Shown: piece after piece, positions 10,272-19,500 of the stretch
Position numbering within the stretch: the first letter of the stretch is position 1
How the letters are laid out: every line of letters begins with the position of its first letter
NCBI GenBank assembly: GCA_002794465.1
Contig: MTSL01000201.1
Location: 16,805-45,621, forward strand
Origin: Paramicrosporidium saccamoebae KSL3
Taxonomy: Eukaryota; Fungi; Cryptomycota
DNA: 28,817 nucleotides
Direction of reading: 5' to 3'
The notes under the pieces: model-generated
Told to the model about the DNA's origin: nothing
The model's input: only the letters and a program-made list of their open reading frames with translations
The model's database searches: none
Made by a program: the position numbers and the translations under genes

Positions 10272-10314
10272 GCAAGTGTCCGGCATCCATCCATCCATAC
10301 TAACTCTTCTGTAG
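10272..10314 (+). other. Probable 43-nt GC-AG intron in the RPP2 5' UTR
   Basis: AAG|GCAAGTGT...CATCCATCCATCCA-TACTAAC-TCTTCTGTAG|, ending 11 nt before the RPP2 ATG. It has a perfect branch site and the same donor extension as the two neighbouring RP introns. Confidence 0.75.
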
Positions 10315-10325
10315 ACTTTTGACAA

Positions 10326-10655
10326 ATGAAGTACGTCGCCGCCCTTCTCTTGGCCCAACTCGGAGGTAACGAGACCCCCGCTGCTGCCGACATTAAGAAG
10401 ATTCTCTCTTCCGTTGGTATTGAGTCTGATGAGTCCCGCATCAGCGCCCTCCTCGAAGAGGTCTCTGGAAAGAGCGTCGAGGAGCTGATCAATGCTGGCT
10501 CTAGCAAGCTGGCCTCCATGCCCGCTGGTGGTGCCGCCGCTGCTGCGCCTGCTGCTGGAGGTGCTGCTGCCCCCGCCGCCGCCGCCGCTGCTGCTGCTCC
10601 CGCTAAGAAGGAAGAGTCTGAGGAGGAAGAGATGGGATTCGGTCTGTTTGACTAA
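10326..10655 (+). CDS. RPP2: 60S acidic ribosomal stalk protein P2, 109 aa
   Basis: [15 protein letters not shown]...[10 protein letters not shown], Ala hinge, and C-terminal [14 protein letters not shown]. Confidence 0.98.
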   Translation: MKYVAALLLAQLGGNETPAAADIKKILSSVGIESDESRISALLEEVSGKSVEELINAGSSKLASMPAGGAAAAAPAAGGAAAPAAAAAAAAPAKKEESEEEEMGFGLFD

Positions 10656-10864
10656 ATCGTGTCTAATACCTGCCGCTATAATAAAGATTCTATCATTTAT
10701 TATGTCTGGTTAATCCATGGCCATGGCGAGTGGTGTGCATAAGTTTTGTACTATGGTTCAGTCGGTCTAAATCGCATAAGGTGCGGTCACGATTTGGCCT
10801 GTACAGAAGTTGGTGTTTTGGGAGATTTGATGAAAAGCCAAAAACACGCAACGTATAGGTAAGC

Positions 10865-10928
10865 CAACACACAGAGTGATCAACACACAAATTGACCAAC
10901 ACACAGAGTGATCAACGTACAGATTGAT
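10865..10928. repeat. 16-bp tandem repeat x4 (32-bp dimer x2)
   Basis: CAACACACAGAGTGAT / CAACACACAAATTGAC / CAACACACAGAGTGAT / CAACGTACAGATTGAT. Confidence 0.9.
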
Positions 10929-11090
10929 CTGACCATCACCATGCTGGCAAAGGGCTTACTGCGAGATTCAAGTAGAGATTCTGTGTAATAGCGAAACTAG
11001 GTTTATTACAGTCACCTTTATAGGTCGGCACTCTCCACACAATGGATTATGAGATTGCTATCGCGACTACCAAAAATAAACGGATACTGC

Positions 11091-11108
11091 TCAACAGACC
11101 CTTTATTC
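11091..11108. promoter_or_regulatory. Dispersed intergenic motif A (TCARCAGACCCTTTATT); other copies at 15019-15028, 16523-16539, 24007-24020, 28720-28738
   Basis: Five occurrences of CCCTTTATT/AATAAAGGG, all in intergenic spacers. Function unknown. Confidence 0.55.
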
Positions 11109-11217
11109 CCAGTCCGCATTTATGATATACAATCTCATACATATCAATCAGCAATCAACAAACTCTCTTCCATACCGATTAGAGAGTACGTAACTACACT
11201 TTCGCTACGCAGTACAG

Positions 11218-12243
11218 CTACTTGATATACTTTTCGATTCGACATAGAAAGAAGCCGCCGCCTGTCATTTTTGACGGCTTAATACGCATTGCTTTGAACT
11301 CATTGAAGGTTGTAATATACTCGACGGGGCCAATAGGATCCATGATCCTTGCTTCCAGTCTTTTGGATGACATAAACCTTTCAATAATGTCCTCGTTCTG
11401 TTCTCTGGTCAGACTGCATGTGCTATATACAAGTATCCCTCCAGGTCTCAATTGCCTGAATCCATTTTCCAACAGTGCAAGCTGTAATTGATACAATTCT
11501 CCAAGTCCAGTTGGAGAGTAATGCGATGGATCAAAGTCACGCCAGGCCGTCTCGATAAACTTGCGAACATGCTTGATGGAACCATCGTGGGTACATTGGG
11601 CATCGACGAGAACCTTATCATATAGATGGTCAGCAAATCGTCCTGGATATTTCCGATAGGGTGTTGAGCTGTAGGCAGGACGGGAGGTAGGGTAGAGATC
11701 TTGGAATTTCAACGAGGTGTCATCTGCTCTCGTCATAATATCGTGGACTCTCGTGCAAAAGATTCGTCCATCGGAGCAAAACAGCCTTGCTCTTGGCAAT
11801 TTATAGCGCCTTGCAAGCGTACATGCAGAGGCCAGCCTCTTTTTTGAAATGTCTACCCCAGTTACCGATCCCTTTATATCATTGTCGACTGGACAGACCG
11901 CTTTCGAAATCAGTGCCAGCTTGGTGCCGGGCGCACAACACAGATCCAAGACGTGTTCGCCGGGCTGCAGAAGCAAGTTTTCCACAGCAAGCCATGAGCT
12001 TGGGTCCATCGGCAGGATTTTCCCCGTCTTAAAAGCGCGTGTATGGGCCACAGAGGTGTCACTGGGGAGGATGAAAAAGTTGGTGGCCCAGTCAAGTCTT
12101 TCTGCTTCTGGGAATTCCTGTAATACTCCAGACACGTCATCATCGAGACAACAAAAGTATCTTTGTGGAATGGTGAAGTATATCTCTGGCGATATGTTGT
12201 GTTCTTTGAGGAAACATGTAAATTCTGCAGGCCAAGTGTCCAT
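11218..12243 (-). CDS. RsmB/NOP2/NSUN-family RNA m5C methyltransferase, ~341 aa
   Basis: VLDLCCAPGTK (motif I), DKVLVDAQCTHDG (motif IV) and GILVYSTCSL (motif VI); both catalytic Cys present. ATG at 12243 (MDTWPAEF) is preferred over the TTG at 12267. Confidence 0.9.
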   Translation of the reverse strand: MDTWPAEFTCFLKEHNISPEIYFTIPQRYFCCLDDDVSGVLQEFPEAERLDWATNFFILPSDTSVAHTRAFKTGKILPMDPSSWLAVENLLLQPGEHVLDLCCAPGTKLALISKAVCPVDNDIKGSVTGVDISKKRLASACTLARRYKLPRARLFCSDGRIFCTRVHDIMTRADDTSLKFQDLYPTSRPAYSSTPYRKYPGRFADHLYDKVLVDAQCTHDGSIKHVRKFIETAWRDFDPSHYSPTGLGELYQLQLALLENGFRQLRPGGILVYSTCSLTREQNEDIIERFMSSKRLEARIMDPIGPVEYITTFNEFKAMRIKPSKMTGGGFFLCRIEKYIK

Positions 12244-12282
12244 TGCGACTTGCCCCTGCACCAACAACCACTTTATTTGTAC

Positions 12283-14844
12283 CTAGGGCATATATACATA
12301 TACATCTTGACGAGCATCGTGCTCAATATATTGCTTTTCCATCAACTGCTCTAGCACCACTTCCAATTGCACCTGAGTGGGACGGAACGAGACTGGACCG
12401 GGTTTCATAGACTCTTCATCCACTAATTGGCTTAATCGGACGGGCGACAGCGACTGGTGTGCTTTAAGCAACTTTACAATGACGGCTTGGAGATGATACT
12501 TTTTGTTCTCAGAAAGATCCATAGAGAGGGATTCGGGGGCGTCAATCTCAATTATAGTGTCGACAGGCGATGTGCTTGGCAGCACGGCTCCGGTGCCGAT
12601 GGAGGATCCCAAGGTGTAGTGACAGAGATGAAGACGCGATTTAGAACACTTCCAGTCCATATTGTACTCAATCACAGCATTCGGACACGGCTCTTGACCA
12701 TCATTCATCTCCCATTTAAGTAATCCTGCAGTGATTATTGGCTAAGTGTGAGAGAGGACATTGGGCTATACCTTTACGACACACGAAAAATCACCCCATG
12801 ACAATCCCAACTTTTGCATCAGTTCAGAAGCGGGATATTGATCTCGCCTCTTGAAACATTGCAAGAGAGATGTTTGTGGGATGGTGGCGACAATCTCACA
12901 CAGCTTTCCCCTTCCGTTAGGATGAGCTAGGACCACCCGTGAAAGATGGTTAAGCCAATACAGCTGACGGTTTGGCCAGTTTTTCCTGTAGAATAGTGTA
13001 TACAGCTTTATCAAGCTCTCCATCTCTGGAGAAACTTTGGCTGCTGGATCAGATGGATCCATGGGATGATCAAGGGGCCACACTATATAGGTCGGAACTT
13101 GAACACTGATATCAACTAGACATTAATCAAGATATGGCCGTCTTACATGGAATAGGTGCCGCTCTCCCAGCCACATACTTGCTAAAATGTTTACGGAGCT
13201 GACTGGATACATGCATATCCGAGAACATTTTTCTCATCTTGATCTGTGATTCAAAGCCACATATAGCGCCGAGTCGGTCAATAAGTGTCGCTTCAATGTC
13301 GCCATGATGGGAAAGCCGGTAAAGTAGTCGCTCCGCAAGATGTACGATATAGGCGGCCATGAATTTTTCCTTTTCGTCCAAGTATTCTACCAAGACAATC
13401 ACATCGTCGATGCGAGCAGCCAATGCATCGCTCTTTTCAAACTCACTGTAAGCATCCTTTTCGTGAGCCACCTCGTCCTGCATCAGCATATCAAGGTAGT
13501 CGGCAATCAGGCTTCCTGCATCTCGTGTGGTGCATGGTGGCTGTATCTTCATAAAACGTCGAAAGGCGTCGGCGATTCTCTCCATGAAACGCCCGTCGGC
13601 GCTAAAGTGACTTACCACTTGCATTCTTGTGCTTTGCACCAGACAGGCGAGGGCTCCAACATACTCAGCAGCTACCAGCCGAGGATCGCTTTGATCCGAA
13701 ATCTTGTCTACGGCACGCTTTTCCTGCTGAAAGACGTAATTTTCAAAACAACTTGCAAGCGGCTCGATTCCATCTGGAATACGCTCCAGCAATCGATAAA
13801 CAATTTCTAACTCGACCCGCATATTCTTCTCAAGGAGCTTGTCGAAATCTTTCTGAAGACGATCAGTGTGCAGAGTGACCAGTTGCGATTCCACTGCAGA
13901 AATAATTTTTAGGGAGGAGCCAATTGGGAATAGCGATTTGGCATTTTGCACTTCTTCGCGGAGGCGTCTTTCTGCATAACGAACATAGCCAGTAATATCT
14001 TCACCAGCAATCTTTTCTGCAGACTCTACGCTGTAAAAATCTTTGGTGGCGGCTAGGAATGGCGCTTCCAATTCAAGCTCGTATAATGTCGGGGCGTCAG
14101 CATTTGGACGGTCATCCAGCTCTTTGAAGGGAACGGGGACTGGACCGCAGAACTCGTGCTGATCACAATCGTTGAACGACTTGATGGCACCTTCAAGACC
14201 TTTTATACTAATTTCCATGTTTCCTTTTACGCGAAGTGTTTGGAATGCGGCCAGAATCTCTTGTACCAAGACATTTCCCAACTTTTCTTTGGAAAAATAT
14301 AGCACCGCCTTTTTCCAAATATGGAAACCGAGAGCGCCTACAGGCTTCAGACGTACTTCCATGCGCTCCCCATTGATCATAACTATGGCGGTTTTACTAG
14401 GAAGATGCTCATCCTTCAATTTGTCAATGACTTTGTTGACGTACATGCAGAGAGAGTCGATTTGCTTCACTGCCTTACTATAGACCTGCCAGCAATTTGA
14501 ATAGCTATCCAGCAATGTAATTCCACCTCTCTGGGCATCCGTTATCATGTGCTATATGATAAGAATAAACGTTCTCGTACATCACGCAGTCGTATAGCCT
14601 CCTGGATGAACATTTTCCCAATCTGATGATAAACTTCGAGCAAGTGGTCCCTCGGTGCAGCAACGCACAAGTGGTAAATGGTGCTAAACAATCAGTCAGC
14701 CTGGTAACGCTAGCTGTACTAGTAAAGTTTTGAAGCGCTCACCGGTGTCGACTTGTCCGTCACACTAAAGAGCGACTGCAACGGACCTCTACAATCTGCC
14801 TCCCAGCAGGCCTCAAAATCTACTGACCTCGGCACCAACGACAT
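12283..14844 (-). CDS. CUL2: Cullin, CUL2-type, 5 exons, ~811 aa
   Basis: Introns 14684-14719, 14552-14580, 13116-13146 and 12742-12771 join four partial ORFs. N-terminus MSLVPRSVDFEACW...IYHLCVAAP..WQVYSKA resembles human CUL2 (MSLKPRVVDFDETW...IYALCVAYP..WEEYSKG). C-terminus LQAVIVKLLKAH keeps the neddylation Lys, followed by EKQYIE. Confidence 0.85.
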
Positions 14845-14995
14845 GGCACCTTTGTTATCGCGAGAGTATGTCTACGGACCAGGGCCGTTAAACTAGCAGT
14901 AAACAGTCGTGAACGAACAACCACGAACAAGCGATCGTGAATGCGTTTCCGTTTTGCTCATTAAATAGTAGGGGCTTGGCCCGTATCATCTTTCC

Positions 14996-15008
14996 CACTA
15001 CGCGACAC
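14996..15008. promoter_or_regulatory. Dispersed intergenic motif B (CACTACGCGACAC); other copies at 24279-24291 and 19303-19313 (reverse)
   Basis: Two identical 13-mers and one 11-mer match, all intergenic. Confidence 0.45.
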
Positions 15009-15078
15009 GCAGATCACTAATAAAGGGTATATCGGCGGATCGAAAATTCTCAGATATTACTACAAATCTCATACATTT

Positions 15079-15441
15079 CTACTTATTATCTAAGAGGGCC
15101 TTGGCCTCGTTAACCTTTGTCGCCAAGTAGGGCGATCCTCCACGGTCTGGATGATTGGCAATCATAATTCGACGATGTGCATCCTTAATCTGCTCCGGCC
15201 GGGCAAATTCCCGCACGCCAAGTATCAAGGCCGCCTCACGCTTGGTCATTTTGTTCTCAAAGCCGCCGCGGTAATAGTATATAAAAGGAGAGGCGCCAGT
15301 GAGGCGGGCAGTGCGCTGCATGGCGTGCCAGGTGCGGTAGAACCATCGGGCGGTGAAGAGGGCCCCCAGAGTTCCAGCGCCCGTTAGGACAGCGGCATAC
15401 TATCAACATTATGAATCAATACCGGCTTGTACGAGTCCCAT
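15079..15441 (-). CDS. PAM18: Mitochondrial import motor J-protein Pam18/Tim14, 2 exons, ~109 aa
   Basis: MGL, then intron 15400-15432, then YAAVLTGAGTLGALF (TM)...YYRGGFENKMTKREAALILG...NHPDRGGSPYLATKVNEAK. Confidence 0.95.
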
Positions 15442-15605
15442 TTGTCTGGATGGCTGTAACGTATTTACATAGTGAGACCGCAGCGAGCCTGTCGCTGCAT
15501 TAAGAAAAACTGCCCGAGACAGCATGAATTTTTGCCGTAAACGATGATTGGCTAACGAGGGCGGCGCTTTCTTTTATTTACACTGACTTGCAATTGGCCT
15601 GGAGG

Positions 15606-16244
15606 ATGCCGTCTGTTGAAGACACTTTGCTCATTGAGGTATTCCAAAAGTACTGTAACTTTGGCTCGCGTTCCAGCTTGACGAATGAGGCATCTCCCGG
15701 GCGCAAGTCCCTCATGATGGACGGCAGTAAATTCGCCAAGCTGATTCGTGAAGCTGGTCTGATTGATGACAGTCTAGTGACGTTGACCGAGGTTGACATT
15801 ACGTTTAGCCGGGTGAAGGACAAGGCTGAGCGTCGCATTTCTTTTCCACAATTCCGCACGGCTCTGAAGCAATTGGCTGACAAAAAATATTTGGTCGGCA
15901 CTGATAACGAAGTGTTGAGCTCCAAGGAGGCAGAACAGGCTGTGGTGGAGGTTGTTAGGAAATTAGGAGGACCACAACTCTCCCCTGGTACTACTATGCC
16001 CGAGACCTCTGACATGATCGAACGTCTCATGGAGGGTCCATCTACCTATATCAGCAAAACTCCTCGCGATGATTCGCGCACTTGGAAAAATGATTTAAGG
16101 CGTACGTCCAATACGTCGTCACGTCGATCGTCGGGTATTGATGCATCGCCCGCTTCATCTCGCAAATCATCCATGAATCCGGCCACCATGTCTCCTAATC
16201 AACTACCGCCATCACAACTCAACGATTCACCGCGCCGACCGTGA
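15606..16244 (+). CDS. TPPP/p25alpha-domain protein with a degenerate C-terminus, ~212 aa
   Basis: VFQKYCNFG...MDGSKFAKLIREAGLID..VTLTEVDITFSRVK...RRISFPQFRTALKQLA matches the p25alpha N-terminal part; Ser/Pro-rich tail. Confidence 0.85.
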   Translation: MPSVEDTLLIEVFQKYCNFGSRSSLTNEASPGRKSLMMDGSKFAKLIREAGLIDDSLVTLTEVDITFSRVKDKAERRISFPQFRTALKQLADKKYLVGTDNEVLSSKEAEQAVVEVVRKLGGPQLSPGTTMPETSDMIERLMEGPSTYISKTPRDDSRTWKNDLRRTSNTSSRRSSGIDASPASSRKSSMNPATMSPNQLPPSQLNDSPRRP

Positions 16245-16771
16245 TATTTGGCGTCTTCTGAATAAATGTGTCGGGATCGTTTGTAGCCGTGGAATAGGTG
16301 TTACAGGATGATACGACAATGTGAAGGGCGGATCGAGTGTCACCTTTTCCTTAGTAAATTGTCTAGTTTAAAGATGTAATTATTGGCTAGTGAGTAGTGA
16401 GCAAGTATATCTCTAAAGGCGCCCTTATAGGCTGTCGATCATAAGCGAATGTCTTTAACAGCAATGTTTAGATCTGCCAAAATCCATCTCATCCAGCGCA
16501 TGTTAATGCATGATTTATGAACGAATAAAGGGCTGTTGAATTCGTAATAAACGAGTTCTTTTCCCGGCCTTACAAAGTTTGTGGCAATTTATATATTACA
16601 CGACAGTTGCACAACAGTCACGTAAAAGGGACAATTTTCAAACATTACATTTCATAATTTGTTGGAATCTTCTCTTGATCCCAGTTGATCAAAAGGCTGT
16701 ATTGAACGCAGATTTGTTCACCGCAGAATACAGGGCCAAATTTGCAGACTGTCCAGGGTTGGCGGCTGATT

Positions 16772-17568
16772 ATGGAAACCTTTGCTAAGAAGCTCGCCTC
16801 GTCCGGTAATAGGCCCGCTTTGTCTCATTTTTAGATGGATCTATTCGCGAGAAAGCTTTCAAGACGCTAAGGCGCTGGCTAGAGGAGCGCTGCACCTCCC
16901 TTTCTGACAAGGACTACCTTCGTCTTTGGAAGGCCCTATTTTACAGCATGTGGATGGCCGACAAGCCCTCCTACCAACAGAACCTTGCCAAGAGACTCGG
17001 CGACATTTGGCTTGACATACACAAGGTGTCGTCAGAAGCAGGGCTCTTGTATGTGCGCACTTTCTGGGAGACGATGACAAGAGAGTGGCCGGGAATCGAC
17101 CGTCATCGGTTAGACAAGTATTATTTTATGGTAAGACGGTTCCTGTTGGCAGGCTTCGAGTGTATGAAGCACGAAGACTGGGACTTGGAGTGTATTCGCG
17201 CTTATAATAAGGTGTTGAGTGAGCTGCCACTGAACCCAACCCGCGGAGATGTACCTGATGCCTTGAGAATATACTTTTTGGAGAATTTTTCCAAAGTCTT
17301 TATGCATATGGAAGCGTCAGACTTGTCCGCTGAAGTGTCCCAGGAACTATTACGGCCGTATGTAGAGCTGGCAGCACATTCTGTGACAAAGCCGGTCCTG
17401 TCTATGGCAGAGACGCTATTTAAGAGTTTGCTGGAGGATAATGTATGCGACAGTCTCAATGTCCAGTCGGTCGGCAAGCTGGCGCTGTCTTTGGGCGAAG
17501 TGGAAGACTGCACAACCCTGAACCGAAAGGTCCTGTACGCAGCCAGCCAGTTATTACTCAAAGCATAG
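16772..17568 (+). CDS. RRP1: Pre-rRNA processing protein Rrp1/Nop52, 2 exons, ~255 aa
   Basis: METFAKKLASS, intron 16806-16834, DGSIREKAF...LWKALFYSMWMADKP...REWPGIDRHRLDKYYFMVRR. Confidence 0.93.
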
Positions 17569-17749
17569 TCTAATAGATGTTTACTTTTGCATTATTCAGT
17601 GTGCCTGAGATCTTAAACCAAAGAGTCGTGCATGATGTAACTAATCAGTTATTATTTAATAGTGATATCCCCGTATTGGTGTATTCGCTAAGCGCTGGTA
17701 TATTAACTGGACACTGATGTATTTAGTATATTCTAATCACACCGCCTCA

Positions 17750-19235
17750 CTAGATACGGCTACTTTCAATATTTTCGTCACCTCGTCCGCTAAACACTGG
17801 TGCATTCAGTATTCGCATCACATCGCCCACTAAATAAAGACTTCCGACGACCAGTATTTGTGCGCTTTGAATCGTCCCACAGAATGCGGTAGTGGTGATT
17901 GGGGTGGCGGTCTGGCCTGTCAGTCTCTTCCAATAGTCTACCATTTGCTCATGCAACAACATGTCATTTTGCTGCTCGATTGTATCCATTGGGGAGGTAG
18001 GCTTCACAAAGTAGACTTCATCAAATAGATCACGAACGAGGAGAATAGGCTCAAGAAGTTTGTCAAAGGGCCGATCATGAGACACGTGGAATGCAAGAAT
18101 AGATTTCCGTAGGCGGCTTCGATGTGAGCGGAACCATTTTAGCGAATACTTGATGCTTTCAACGGTATGCGCTCCGTCCAGGTACCACGAGCAGTTACCA
18201 GTGTGGTAGACTTGATGTCTACCAGGCCAAAACGTATTACGCAACGCAGCAGCAATTACGTCCTCTTGTGTGTTGTGCTGGGTACCATTGCCTTCCCACC
18301 ATCTACGGACTATTCGGACTGCCAGTGCAGCATTGATATACTGATGGCTGCCATCTATTCCTATCGACGTCATAAGTAAATAAAAACGCCTCTTACCGAG
18401 ATTTATGTTGAGCGAATTGGGCAATTCCTGGCTGAGCGATTCCACAAATTCCAACTTGGCACCCACTGAGCCTGCCGTTTTAGCAATCACCTCGACCGCT
18501 TCAACTGGTTGTGGGACGCTAATCAAGGGAACATTTTTTTTGGCAATCCCAGCTTTATGAAAGGCGATATCCCCCATGGTTGGGCCCAGAGATTTGACGT
18601 GTTCCATTGCAATAGAGGCAATGGCTGTTACTTGGGGATCCTCAATTACATTGGTGGCATCATAAAGCCCGCCCATACCAACCTCCAGAATTGCAACATC
18701 AAGGACACCCTTCCTGTAAGCACGGATCATTTGATCAAAGGCCATCAGAGTCATGAATCGAAAAAACCCTGGGATCGGGCCGTTCCATTTCTGAAGTCTC
18801 TCAAATGTGTCAATGACCGCTTCACTGAACGAGGTCAGGCTCATGGGACGTCCAGACCACCTGATCCTCTCTCGCGGATGCACCAAATGCGGAGAAGTGT
18901 ACAGTACAGTATTTAGCCCCTGATGTCTCAATATTGACTCTACAAACGCAGCTGTGGATCCTTTACCTTTAGAGCCCGTTATATGAATTATCTTGAGACT
19001 GTTCAAATCACTAGCCTGGATAATAAGACGATGGCTGATGAGATACCTGATGGCCGAGTGTGGAGAGAAGTTGACGCATTTCAGAAAGACTGCTAGAGTG
19101 CTTTAACTTTTGCATCTCTAGGGATGCCAATATCGACGCATTACTCGGGAGTCGGTTCCATAAGATGTCTTCAGCCAACTACACTTTAGTCACGCCAATA
19201 AATTTCCATACTGACACCACATCTGTGCCCAACAT
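17750..19235 (-). CDS. MET7: Folylpolyglutamate synthase (FolC family), 4 exons, ~461 aa
   Basis: Introns 19179-19211, 19016-19046 and in-frame 18361-18396. Motifs: IIHITGSKGKGST, YTSPHLVHPRERI, LEVGMGGLYDATN, WPGRHQ, WYLDGAHTVES, LVVGSLYLVG. RLPSNA and FFRFMTLMAF favour FPGS over DHFS. Confidence 0.9.
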
Positions 19236-19500
19236 GGAAGATACTCCCAGACGGCCCACGCGTAGCTTCAGCAGCTTGCTGTGTGCGAATCGGGCATGGG
19301 TTTGTCGCGTAGTAGATTGGCTGCCGCAGGCTTTCTTGAGTGGGAGGGAACTCATTTATTACCAATATGTAGGTTTAAAAATGTAGTGTTAATTTGTGTC
19401 CCGATCAATCCGCCATTTTACAGAGCGTCGCTGACTCTCTCTGCCATAATTGGCTTATTCTCGAAAAAGAACCAACCAATCACTTTACAGGTTGACGCTC

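Noticed and set aside
10827-10933. Possible C/D snoRNA (TGATGA ... CTGA) spanning the 16-bp repeats
   Set aside because: No terminal stem and no recognisable rRNA-antisense element. It would need snoscan/Infernal support.
11049-15072. AATCTCATA(CAT) at 11049 (reverse), 11131 and 15065, about 40 bp from motif A at two loci
   Set aside because: Not found at the other three motif-A loci; too few and too short to call a bipartite element.
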